Positions 1-12,100 of a stretch of 64,000 bases of DNA are shown one piece after another. Location: the NCBI GenBank assembly GCA_010909165.1, contig MU008176.1, positions 299,114 through 363,113 on the forward strand. The letters are read 5' to 3'. A model generated the notes under the pieces. That model saw nothing but the letters and a program-made list of their open reading frames with translations. It was not told where the DNA came from and did no database searches. This DNA comes from Anthoceros angustus (lineage: Eukaryota > Plantae > Anthocerotophyta). Each line of letters begins with the position of its first letter. The stretch's first letter is position 1. The position numbers were made by a program, and so were the translations under genes.

Positions 1-1910
1 TAGATATGGGTATGTTCACACTCAAAGGCCACTCCTTAGCACAACAAGATATAGCCTATAGAACTTAGCTAGCTAGCTCCGGACATATGGGAAAAATATC
101 ACAATTTTCCTAATATAGTACTATATATCAATAATTTTATTTAATATTATAATTTTACTACTATTAAATCCTAAGATACTCTATATCGTATCACTTAGGA
201 ATGTGTCGGTGTATCTTTCAATCCATAAAAATATCCTTTGAATTGCAAATCATAGAAGTACATGGATAGATCTAGATGTCATGGCATAGACTGACAAGAG
301 GCTCTGTACATAATAAAGTTGTAGGCTGTGTATCTAAGACGGCATGATAGATGATGCCAGGGGTGCATGGCATGTGTATGTGCATGTGACCGATGTATGT
401 CATGTGGCATGTGGATGGATGTATGGCATGTGGTATGTGGATGGGCATGGACATAAGGATTTGTCCATAAATATTAGTCTTAGAATATTAGGATTAATAT
501 TTAAAGGATAAAGAATATTTATACAATAGATATGCAAGAGACTATAAATATTATGTAGCAGGCGAATATCGAAATAAAAGAAATGTGGTAGCGAGATAAA
601 GAGCAGCCACACAAATTATCTTGTTGATAATAAAGATAGACATACTTGTCCCACATCTTGTCCTTCTTTCCTCGCATCTTGTGGGTTGCCACCAGCATCT
701 CAGGTGGCTGGGATCGCTTTTCACTGTTCGCGGGATTAGGATTTTGCCTAGTTCTTCTTTTACTTTGTAGTTAGCTGATAAGCCTATTTTGGAGGCTTAC
801 GAGGCAGTGAATGGCGATTTCACAAAATTTGACATGAGCCATGACCTAATGTGGCCATGGACTATCTTGCCTCACGGTGGGACATAGACGCCCTATAAAA
901 AGTTGTTTGGATTGCAAATCATAGAAGTACATAGATAGATGTAGCCCCCCTCTCCGACCCACTAACTATGTACTTCCTATTAGTGATGCAGAAAATGGGA
1001 AAGAGAACAGAAGCTGGTGTGAACTCTTGTAGAAGACCCAAGCCATTCAAAACCGCTTTTTGACCCAAGTTCTTTAACGCTAGCACCATTTTGTATGATA
1101 TTGATATATGTGAGGGTGACCTATGATTGAGAGTTTCTAAAGAAACTCACAAACCCTATAGAAACGAGGGCCATTACTATTTGACTACTCATATGATGGT
1201 TTAGGCTTTTAGCACGTCGGAAATGTTTTTTTAATGCCTTATTCTTTTCATAAAAAAATATTTCAATCAAGATCTTTTTTCAAAATAATTTATTTTGAAG
1301 AAAGTCCTTCATCAAAATGGACTCTAAGGATTGTTGATGTTTAATTGTTGCTTCTATCGTGATAGTAAAGCTAAGTGGAGCCAAAGATACTCATCCCACG
1401 CAATCCAAACTCTAGTACATTCTTTCATTCTAGATTGATTTAGATTGTGTTTAATTAACAAGGAAGGTGGCGGTCTTGCAAGTTCGTTCTTTTGGTCGTG
1501 CCTATGCGTTATGGGGTTTAGGGCAGTAAAGTTTGCGGAGTTGCAAAAAAGCAGCTCTTCTGAAATTGTGCATTTTGGAATTTAAGCTTTCAAACGCGCT
1601 GCTCGTGCTAGTTCACAGAGTTCGCGAACATCGCAATTTGTCAACATTTTCCAATTTCTCTTTTCAGTTCACGAACCAGTTCAATCCTTCCGACGTGAGT
1701 ATCCAACCAAAATTGTTAGGGACTCAGGACTTAACTAATCTATTAAAATGAATATTATACTTAAATTATGCCATATTCTATTGTATTGGGAACTAAGAGA
1801 TTACCCCCTTAATATACAAAAGGCTAAATGAGAAACCTTCCTAATTGGTGAGTGAGAACTTTTAAAAACTTAGATTAAGATTGAGCAAGAGGATTTATTT
1901 TACATAAGTT

Positions 1911-3410
1911 TCCACGCCCATCTTAGTCCTCATCAGTTTGGGATTGCTACGTCGGGGGGCTGTGGGTCTGTGGCTTTTGGGGTGGAGGCGGTTCTCGAGA
2001 CCCACCTGATTGGGTTGCTTTTTAGGTCGACGTGGAGAATGCCTTCAACTCTGTCTCACGATCGGCCATCTTCGATGAGCTCAAGAACGCAGGTGGGCAG
2101 CTGGCCAGCCTTATTCCTTTTGTCCGTTATGGGTCTCCTTCCAACCTCTATTATCACCATGGCCCCTTGGTGGAAGGGGTCTCTGTGCTGAGCTCGACAA
2201 CGGGCACTAGGCAAGGTGACCCTCTGGGGGGTGCTCTCTTTGCCATGGCGCATTTCAGGGATTTGTCTTCTACTGCCTCTGTGTGGGAATGCTTGTATCC
2301 GTCTGTGGCCAACGATACCCATATTCTTGGGCCTGGAGACAAGGTTAAAGTGGCATTTGATTTCTTCGCAGCTCCCGCCCCGTTTGAAGGTCAAAATCAT
2401 CAACCGCAGGTTTGGTCTCTCGCTGCAGTGCCTTTTCTCCAGATCCGAGGGGATATTGCTTCTCCGCCGGGGCTTCGGGTTCTTGGTGTCCCGATTGGGC
2501 CTCCTGCCTTCACCTGGGATTATGTGGACGCGGCTTTGGCTAAGGATTTGGCGCACATCGATGACCTTTCTCAACTGGGAGACCCGCAAGTGGCATTTGG
2601 GATCCTCTCCTTTTGTTTTGCGCGCCGGCCAGGGTACCTTCTCTGAACGGTTGCCCCCTCCCCGGTTTTCCTGTCTAGCCTAAGGAATTTCGAAAGCGCC
2701 TGTGTGTTTTAGGCGACATCATCGGCCCAGCACCTTCAATGTGCGGCCGGGATCTTAAGCGCGACCCTTCCCATCGCTTTTGGGGCACCGTCCGGCCACG
2801 AAGGCCTCCGCACTAGCGGCTTTCTTAGGGAGCTGGGCCTCCCGCCCCAATCTTGTCCTCCTGCTTTAATTCGGCATTCACATATCCTCGGAGGCTTTTG
2901 TCATGCTGACGAGGGACTTTTCCCATGCAGCCTCACTAAGATTAGCCTGAGACTCTTTATCCTCCAAGGCGAGGGCTGCTATGTCTTTTCCTCGCTCGAG
3001 GTTGGGCTCGGGCTTCAGCGTCCCCTCACGGAGAAATAGTACGGGCAGCGCAATTGGCCCTCCTTGGATTCCTCCATTTCTAGGCCCACTCTAGTCTCCG
3101 CTGCTCGGAAGGGGGTTCACGGCTCGGCTCGACCTAGTATTCAGCGCCGCATCGCACCAAGAACTTTTCCACCGCGATGCATTTTCGCCTTGGCTTGGTC
3201 CATCCTCCGCTTGCTCTCTTTCTACTTGTAGGCGGGCTCCTCTTGATGACTCGGGACGCACTTGGCTCACCGTCGGGGTGGCAACGATCGCTACACATGA
3301 CGCCGGACGCGTCATGTTCTCTATTGCTAGGGGCGGGTTCCTTCCATTTAGGGCGCCTTTCACCTTGCTCAGGGGTTTCGCAAGGCGTGGACTACTGGAC
3401 TTCCCTGGGG
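1911..3410 (+). mobile_element. 5'-truncated, decayed CRE-clade-like non-LTR retrotransposon (RT domain plus CCHC knuckle)
   Basis: Translates to HQFGIATSGGCGSVAFGVEAVLETH...VDVENAFNSVSRSAIF...TGTRQGDPLGGALF...SVANDTHILG...LRVLGVPIG (CRE-like RT). A frameshifted C.CG..LDD.GTHLAH knuckle region near 3230-3310 matches 45300-45400. The left boundary is set by the empty site at 46135-46145 (minus strand). Confidence 0.75.
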
Positions 3411-6400
3411 TTAGAAAATAGGTAGGGTTTGTTTTTTGGAGGATGAAGGATAGAATGAGGCGAAAAGGAGGAAATAAGCCCTGCTAGCACTGACGGCACT
3501 CCGGAGTATATACCGACCGGAGTGAGGAACGCGTCCCACGATGGCGCACGGTAAGTCCCGGACCCACCTGTGACCGTGCAAGATAAGTACGCCAGGAAAG
3601 TAACTTAGAAGTTGGAACGTATGAGGATGGGCGACGCCACGTGGACGACCCCGAGTGGAGGACGGCATGCGCCGGGTCAGACCGTGAACTTGCCGTGAGG
3701 CCGTTATAGCAGTATTCACGCCCGCGCCGCGCTGCGAGGGCCGAGGCACACGCGCGAGTAAGGCCGAGTACGCGGCAGAGGGGCCGAGTAAGCCATGCAC
3801 TCGGCCACGGACAGTGGAAGAGGCGCCCCGCCCACGGTTACTCCCAAGGCGTGGTCGCGAAGAAGGTCATGCCGCCGAGACAATCCGCGATCTCGCGCCC
3901 GCAACCGGGCGGTATCTCGTGGACACTGGACGCCTCGCGCGCGGCTCACCGCTGAGGCCTGGAAGCGAACGCGCGAAGGAGGCTCAACGCGCCAGCCTCC
4001 GACAAGCGGCCATGACCAAGGGAGGAGAAGGCGATGGCACCCAAAAGCCCGCGAAGTTTGGGAGCCATGGAACCTTGTGGAGCGCAACATTGTGACCCGC
4101 GCTATCCGGACTTTGGGCTGCCCGTGAAGCGGAGAATTGGTGGGTGAGTGGCATTTGGACGTGTTCCAAATGGTCCGGACATTTGACACCACTGTCCGGA
4201 GTTTGCCCTAAGATGCCGGGCGGGCGGTCAACAAGGAGGTGCGGTCCAAGAACCTCCGAGAGACCCAAGGCGATGGACCTTGAGGTCCCGGCGGCCTACA
4301 ACCGCCCCAAGGAGGAAGAGGGGAGTGGTGCCGAGCCCTCAAGGCGGGGAAGATAGGTCAGCCAGCACCGATGCTAAGGCTCGACGAACGGACCACCAAC
4401 GGTTGGTCGATATCCGACCTGGACCGAGTCGTGGCGTGGCCCGATCATCGCCCATCGGAACCACTCACCAAGGTGGATCACCTTGGTGATAATCTATTGG
4501 TGTTCCCGCACGCGCTGGGGAAGAGGGCTGGATCAAGGATTATCTTCGCTTAGCTGTGAAGCTCGCAAGCCTGTGGAGCGAGAAGCCTCGCCATCTGGCT
4601 CCCCATACCGATCCATGTATGGGGGCATTTCAACTCCTCGGAAGGAGAGCTTGAGCGAGGCCCAAAGGACCGGAGGCCCTCCCAAGTGGAGCGGCAAGGG
4701 CGCCGGAGGGAGGAGGCGACAAAACCAAACGGGGAGGAGGACGATCGAGGATTCCGACCCATACGCCGAACGGACCCCTCACCACCTGTGGAAGTATGGG
4801 AAGCACCCCGCCTCCTCCTTCCGTGCCCCAACTGTAATCACCCAGAAGCGCCCCACAGCCCCGCCACCGCCATCACCCGAGGAGCCCCGACTGTGAGAGA
4901 GTCAAGAAACGCAAGACCACGGCCACCAACGCTGACCCGCCGGTGCCAAGATTCTTCCCCGACGGAGTGGCAAGAAGCGAGGAAGTGAAGGAGGGCGTAA
5001 AGGACGCCGCCTGTGGACCTTGAGGTCAAGGCGCCTACAACCGCCCCAAGGAGGAAGAGGGGAGGGTGCCGGAGCCCCTCAAGGCGAAAGATAGATAGCC
5101 ACAGAAGATGCTAAGGCTCGACGAACGACCACCAACGGGTCGATATCCGACCTGCTGGACAATGAGTCGGGGCCCGGATCATCGCCCATCGGAACCTACT
5201 CACCAAGGTGGATCACCTTGGTGATAATCTATTGTGTTCCCGCACGGCTGGGGAAGAGGGCGACTGGGAGGATTATCTTCGCTTAGCTGTGAAGCTCGCA
5301 AGCTGTGAGCGAGAAGCCTCCATCTGGGCCCCCATACCGATCCATGTATGGGGGCATTTCAACTCCTCGGAAGGAGAGCTTGAGCGAGCGCCCGGAAAGG
5401 ACCGGAGGCCCTCCTGGAGCGGGCAAGGGCGCCGGAGGAGGAGGAGGCCGACAAAACCAAACGGACTGGAGGAGGACGATCGAGGATTCCTGACTCCATA
5501 CGCTGAACGGACCCCTCACCACCTGGAAGTATGGGAAGCACCCCGCCTCCTCCTTCCGTGCCCCAACCGTAATGCCCACAGAGAAGGGCCTACCGGCCAC
5601 CGGCCATCACTCCTACCGAGGAGCCCACGACTGTGAGAGAGCCAAGAAACGCAAGACCACGGCTACCAACGCTGCACCCTGGGCCGGCCAAGATTCTCCC
5701 CGCCGACGAGTGGCAAGAGAAGCAAGAAGGAGGGCGAAGGACGCCTGTGAGCGGAGGACACCGCCAGCCAGATCCAGAGCCGGCCCCGCCGATGAAGGGG
5801 CAAAGGGCGGCTCCTGACTCCATCACCTCCGCCGAGCCCTGTGGAGGAAAAGGGCGAGAAGGAGCTCGCGCCAAAAGGGCCAAGGAGGGGAAGCCCGAGC
5901 CAAGACTCGTGACCTAAGGGTCCCGATTGTCCGGAGAACCCGGTCTGCCCCGATCAAGATGGAGGTCCTGACGACGGAGATGCCGGCCCCGCAACGGACT
6001 TTGTGGGAGCCTCACTCAGCCGGAGGAAACACGGTCCTGCCACTGCCATGGAGGGTATGCCTGGTCTCAAGGCGGATGGCCGAGAAGGCCTGTGGAGGTG
6101 GAAGCCACCCGAGGGCATGGTGCTCCTCCAGAGCAGCTGGAGGGAGCCCAGAGGCGAGAAGGAAGGTCAAGCTCAGGATTGAGGAAGGAAAACGCCGGGA
6201 GGCGGAGAGGGAGGTTTGGTCCATCCGCAAGGACCGGACTAAATTCCTTCAGGAGGAATAAAGGCAGCCAAGGAGGCCCAAGCGGGCGGAGGACCTCAGC
6301 AGTGAGCGAGCGCAGCAGAAGCGGACGCGCAACGGGCGCTGGATCTCGCGAGGCAGCCTGACCGACCAGAGCCAAGTCGGAGAGGCTCGTGAAAGGTGGC

Positions 6401-8530
6401 GGAGGCCACGGCCGCGATCACTATCGGCGTGATCGAACCGTGGAGAGAGGCGCCGAGAGAGCCGCGCCAATCAAGGCCGAGCAAGTGGCGCAGCAAGCCA
6501 GTCGGCCGTGAGGCGGAGGCCGGCACCGGGAGATTGGGGACCCTGTGCACGCAGGAGGTAGAAGGGCGCAGGAGCCGGAGGACAACAAGGACACCTTGGA
6601 GTTGCAACCCAAGATGCACGGAGCAGGGGTTCTCAACGAGAGAATCCAAGACTTCGAGCGAGAGGTGGAACGCCCAGCCCGCTTGAAGACGGAGGAGAAC
6701 AGGCGTGCAAGGAGTTCGACGCGCAAGGTTGCGCAGGACGTGGCGGAAGCTGTGAGCCTGACGGGATACGCCCGCCCGGAGAAGGAAGTGGAGGACCTCC
6801 GGAAAGAATAGAAGAAGGGGAGGAAGGCAATCGGAGGAAAAGGTACCGTCGTCCGGCCAGGAAGCAGAGAGCTCACCATGGCCATGTGAAATCAAGTGAG
6901 TCAAGCAACGACGGAGGAGGAGAACGCCGAGCAGCAGCAAGGTTGCAAGAGGTAACTGAGGCAGCCTTGACGGCCTCAAGGGAGTCCGCCCGCTACAGTA
7001 AGCTTGGCCACGGAGACAAAGCCAAGTGGGCGATCCGCCTGCCACGAGCACCTGAGGAGGGAGTGTGCCCGGCTCATGTGGAGGAGGCGATTCAAAGTCG
7101 ATTCGACCGCTTACTACCACGCAGAGCTCCTCAAGGCCTCGAGGTCCCGCGCCACCCCAGGCAGGAGGGTGGACTTAAGGGATGGAAGGAGGAGCGAGAG
7201 GACGGACCCGGGACAAAGACAACCGCTGGAGTCCTAGGAGCGCCTGCTTGACGAGCAGGCAGCAGGCGAGAGCAGGGAGGAACCGGAGGAGGAAGGCGCC
7301 ACACCGAGGTAAGTTTCAAGACCTCGCATGGAAGGACGAGGGAGGATCTTGAGAGGAAGGAAAGGTGCAACCGGCATTCGGGAACCAAGGGAGGGCTCTG
7401 GATGAACCCGTGACCAGCGAGGAGGCATGCCCAGAGTCGAGGGTCCTGACTTTGTCCTGACTCGAGGAAAGGCCGATCCCGAGGTCCGGAAGTCCGACTT
7501 AGGGATCCAGACTCAGTGACGAGTCCGACCCCGAGGTCCGACCCTGTGGAAGGGTTGGGTCCAAGACCGACCTCAGAGGCCGCCCGGCCCCGAGGACCTG
7601 ACTCAAAGAAGGCCGCCTGTGAGACCGGACCTAGAGGGAAGACTGACCTAGAGGTCCGGACCGAGTCGAGACAGGGTCCCGAGGTCCAAACTCGGGAGTG
7701 GGGAGAGCCACCACCACCAACCCCAGCAGATCCAACTTGAGGGCCCACCGCGCAGGGCCCGCCAGAGAGAGAAGAGGGAGGACGAGAAGACTTGGTGGTG
7801 GCCGTTGTCGAGGCCCGGTGGCTGACAGACCCTCGGGAAGAGGAAGGGTCCGGATCATCCGATTGGCGCGCCGGGCTGTGGCTTGGGCCGTGCCAAGAAG
7901 GAATGAGGGGCTATCCACCCCACCACCGACGGCGCGATAGGTGAATAGGTGGTAGTAGGCGGTTAGGTACCCGAAATGGCCTCACTAATAGAGGTGTAAT
8001 AAAGGCGCCGACCTTCGAGTATAAGAGGGCTAAGGCCGCCTCAATAAATCATCTTTCTCTTGGTGTTGATGCCGCTCTGCACCTTTGTGTGTCTTCTGCT
8101 AACGTGAGTCCCGAGTCACCGAAAGGTGCACGATACCCGGGAGATTGATCGGTCCCGTGACGACCTAACGCGTTGTGGTGTGTGTGGAAGGGTGATCGGT
8201 GACCCGTGTCCCGAGCCGCGCCCAAAGACCGAACGGACCGAACGTGAGCCGGAGGAACTCCGGAGGGCGGCAGAGCCCGGACGGAGAGGCCCGAACGACG
8301 AGGAGGTCCGACTGTAACCCGCGCTGCTTTTCTAAGAGAGGAGTGTAGCGTGAGGGAGAGAGGAAAGGACCGATGTGAGTGACGGATGTGAACGATACGA
8401 CGCGAACGGTCTCAAACGCTTGGCCATACCGGCCTCAGACGGTGAACGCTGGAGTAGTTAGAGTATGTGTGTTGAGATCAACGAGCGCATGCGGTAGGAA
8501 TCACCAAACGCTGTAAACGGAGCCTATCAT
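3411..8530 (+). mobile_element. Unclassified retroelement-like insertion (broken Arg/Glu/Pro-rich and coiled-coil ORFs; LTR-like 3' part)
   Basis: GC-rich and purine-skewed, with fragmented ORFs and no RT, IN or PR motif. The 3' part has TATAAG and AATAAA (~8019-8047) and ends ...GCCTATCA at ~8529. No matching second LTR was found. Confidence 0.35.
4274..5748. repeat. Tandem duplication, ~740 bp unit (4274-5013 / 5014-5748)
   Basis: Both copies start TGGACCTTGAGGTC and share GGATCACCTTGGTGATAATCTATTG and GGGGGCATTTCAACTCCTCGGAAGGAGAGC. They differ by many indels and substitutions. Confidence 0.9.
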
Positions 8531-8544
8531 TCCCTTTGGGAACG

Positions 8545-9142
8545 GACTTCTTCCTACAACGACATCGGATTGCGCGCGCTGGCCATCAGAAAGTCGCGCC
8601 ACATGGACCTATTTTGACTGGAGGGATCGGTTTGATTCTGTCGATGTGGTTGTAACCGATCCCACCGGGAGAAGCGCCTGCGAACATGTTATTCTTAACC
8701 CTCCAGTTGGGCGGGCGGAGGGATGCGCGATGGCTAAGGTCCACAAGTACTCTCCTATGCAGATCCATGCGTCCCTTGCCATTGAGACTCACGGAGCCAT
8801 GGGCAAGGATTTCTCTAGGTTCGCCAAGGCTGCGCCAATGCTTATCATAGCAGCAGAAATGGGGTTGGCCTCCCCTTTCTATTGTTGTTTCTTCCCAGAG
8901 GGTTTCCATCACTCTGCAGAGGGTGTTCAATGCAGATATAGAACGACAGAAAAGTGGGAGATGCGGCTTCGACATCGGTGGTGGGTAGGCCTTTTCACAT
9001 CCCCGACTAGTTCTCACGGGTTGGTAGTTTTGAAATGCGTGATCGTGGGGCTAGTCCCGGCATTGTGCCCTTCGTTGGGTTTTTCCCTTTGTTTTGGGTG
9101 GATTGGTTTTTCCATCTCTTTTTATAATAAGTCTTCTTTCCG
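8545..9142 (+). mobile_element. 3' end of CRE-like LINE: restriction-like endonuclease (RLE) region and 3' UTR
   Basis: DVVVTDPT...AKVHKYSP...LAIETHGAMG...RVSITLQR (frameshifted), followed by a T-rich 3' UTR ending CCATCTCTTTTTATAATAAGTCTTCTTTCCG. Confidence 0.8.
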
Positions 9143-12100
9143 TTTGATAAAGTGACATATTGCCGAGTTGGTTGGAGATGGGTTGGTTAGAGATCATGAT
9201 GACAAAGTTGTGGTAACTCGACGGGGTCCATACGGTTGAATGAAGGTAACGTCTTCAAGAGGAGACTGTCGTTGTGATGCGTCAACTCGCACTTAAGCGT
9301 CCAAGGGGACGAGCTGAGATGGAGCTTGGCGGAGGAGGTGAGATTGGCCCTCCTGTGCAACCGCCAACGGGACGAGGTGAGATTGCCGCTGCTGTGCAAC
9401 CGCCACGTGCACGACTTCAGACTGGCGTCGCTATGCAACCCCAGTGAGCATCCAAGTCCTGATCATACATTGCCCCGTTCCGCGGACCCGTCGATGCAAG
9501 ATATTCATCGTGCCTTTGCAGCAAGGCATAGTTTAGGAGAAGGCGAGGAGAGCTTGCTCATACTTTGCCGACTTCCGCGGATGCATCTGCGGTAGATGTT
9601 CATCGTGCCTTTGAGACAAGACACCATTTGTGAGAATGTAGAGAACTGCTGGCCAAGACGTGGATGAGGAGTTTCTCAAGCAAGCTTGAGTGTCCCATTG
9701 CTTGTGAAGATTTTTGCAGCTCTTGGCCTTCCGCAACTTTCACTTTTGCAGCTCTCAGTTTCTCCATTCCTGTTAGGATTTTGTCTTCACGAGGTGCTCA
9801 GTTCTCATGCATGTCCATAGCTTTGCCGTGAAGGATGGGTGTAAAAGAAACTGTGCTGCTGCAAAAGCGAACTCTTGAACAGTCTTGCAACGTTAATCCA
9901 GTTGTCCGGGAACTTGAACTTCTAGGTCCAGTTACAGCAATTTCTGCTTTTGTTGCTGTTGTCCTTCATACGGTTATTGGCCCTTTTCATTTTAAGGTAG
10001 GCTCCTTGGTGAAGGATACAAACTGCGTTGCCTCTACATACTTGGTCCAATGGGACAGGCTGCAGGTTCTCCTCCGCGGGATTGACTGAGTGTTGTCGGA
10101 ATTGATACAGAGAGAGAAGAGGGAGGACGAGGAAGACTTGGTGGTGATCGCTGTCGCACCGCTGGCACCCTCGGAAGAGGAAGGGTCCTCCGCTGGATCA
10201 TCCGATTGGTGCGTGGCTGTGGCTTGGCCGTGCCAAGAAGGAATGAGGGGCTATCCACCACCCACCACCGCGATAGGTGGAATAGGTGGTAGTAGGCGGC
10301 CGGTTAGGCACCGAAATGGCCCTCAAATAGAGGTGTAATAAAGGCCGACCTTCGGCGAGTATAAGAGGGCTAAGGCCGCCCAATAAATCATCTTTCTTGG
10401 TGTTGATGCCGCTCTGCACCTTTGTGTGTCTTCTAACGTGAGTCCCGAGTCACCGAAAGGTGCACGGCCCCGGGAGATTGACGGTCCCGTGACGACCTAA
10501 CGTGTGTGTGTGTGTGGAAGGGTGATCGGTGACCCGTGCTCCCCGAGCCGCGCCCAAAGACCGAACGGATCGAACGTGTGAGCCGGAGGAACTCCGGAGG
10601 GCGGCAGAGTCTGGACGGAGAGGCCCGAACGACGAGGAGGTCCGGACTGTAACCCGCGCCTTTTCTAAGGTCAAGGAGTGTAGCGTGAGGAGAGAGGAAA
10701 GGACGGATGTGTGAGTGACGGATGTGAACGATACGGACGCGAACGGTCTCAAACGCTTGGCCATACCGGCCCGTGACGGTGAACGCTGGTAGGAGTATGT
10801 GTGTTGAGATCAACGAGCGGTAGGAATCACCAAACGCGGTAAACGGAGCCTATCATTCCCTTGGGAACGGACTTCTTCCTACAACGACACGGATTGTGCG
10901 CCCGGCTGGCCATCGCGAAAGTCGCGCACATACGACCTATTTTGACTGGAGGGATCGGTTTGATTCTTGATGTGGTTGTAACCGATCCCACCCGGGAGAG
11001 CGTCTGCGAACATGTTATTCTTAACCCTCCAGGTTGGGCGAAGTGAGGGATGCGCGATGGCTAAGGTCCACAAGTACTCTCCTATGTGATGCCATGTTTT
11101 CTGTCCCTTGCCATTGAGACTCACGGAGCCATGGGCAAGGATTTCTCTAGGTTCGTCAAGGCCTGCGCCAATGCTTATCATAGCAGCAGAAATGGGGTTG
11201 GCCTCCCCCTTTCTTGTATTGTTGCTTTCTTCCGGCAGAGGGTTTCCATCACTCTGCAGAGGGTGTTGGCTGACGCAGTATATAGAACGACAGCGAGTGC
11301 GGGAGATGCAGCTTCTTCGACATCGGTGGTAAGTAGGCCTTTTCACATCCCTGACCACGAAGTTCTTCGGACGGTTGGTAGTTTTGAAATGCGTGATCGT
11401 GGGGGCTAGTCCCCCTGGCATTGTGCCCTTCGTTGGGTTTTTCCCCTTTGTTTTTGGGTGGATTGGTTTTTCCCATCTCTTTTTTATAATAAGTCTTCTT
11501 TTCCGTTTGATAAAGTGACATATTGCCGAGTTGGTTGGAGATGGGTTGGTTAGAGAGATCATGATGACAAAGTTGTGGTAACTCGACGGGGTCCATACGG
11601 TTGAATGAAGGTAACGTCTTCAAGAGGAGACTGTCGTTGTGATGCGTCAACCGCCACTTAAGCGTCCAAGGGGACGAGCTGAGATGGAGCTTGGCGGAGG
11701 AGGTGAGATTGGCCCTCCTGTGCAACCGCCAACGGGACGAGGTGAGATTGCCGCTGCTGTGCAACCGCCACGTGCACGACTTCAGACTGGCGTCGCTATG
11801 CAACCCCAGTGAGCATCCAAGTCCTGATCATACATTGCCCCGTTCCGCGGACCCGTCGATGCAAGATATTCATCGTGCCTTTGCAGCAAGGCATAGTTTA
11901 GGAGAAGGCGAGGGAGAGCTTGCTCATACTTTGCCGACTTCCGCGGATGCATCTGCGGTAGATGTTCATCGTGCCTTTGAGACAAGACACCATTTGTGAG
12001 AATGTAGAGAACTGCTGGCCAAGACGTGGGGATGAGGAGTTTCTCAAGCAAGCTTGAGTGTCCCATTGCTTGTGAAGATTTTTGCAGCTCTTGGCCTTCC

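Noticed and set aside
242-932. 22-bp exact direct repeat ATTGCAAATCATAGAAGTACAT at 242 and 911, flanking CATGTG/ATG-rich low-complexity DNA
   Set aside because: No element features between the copies and too long for a typical TSD; left uninterpreted as degenerate repeat DNA.
7940-8530. A defined solo or 3' LTR
   Set aside because: It has TATA/AATAAA and an ...ATCA end, but the start, PPT and TSD cannot be fixed and no second copy exists apart from the tandem duplicate.
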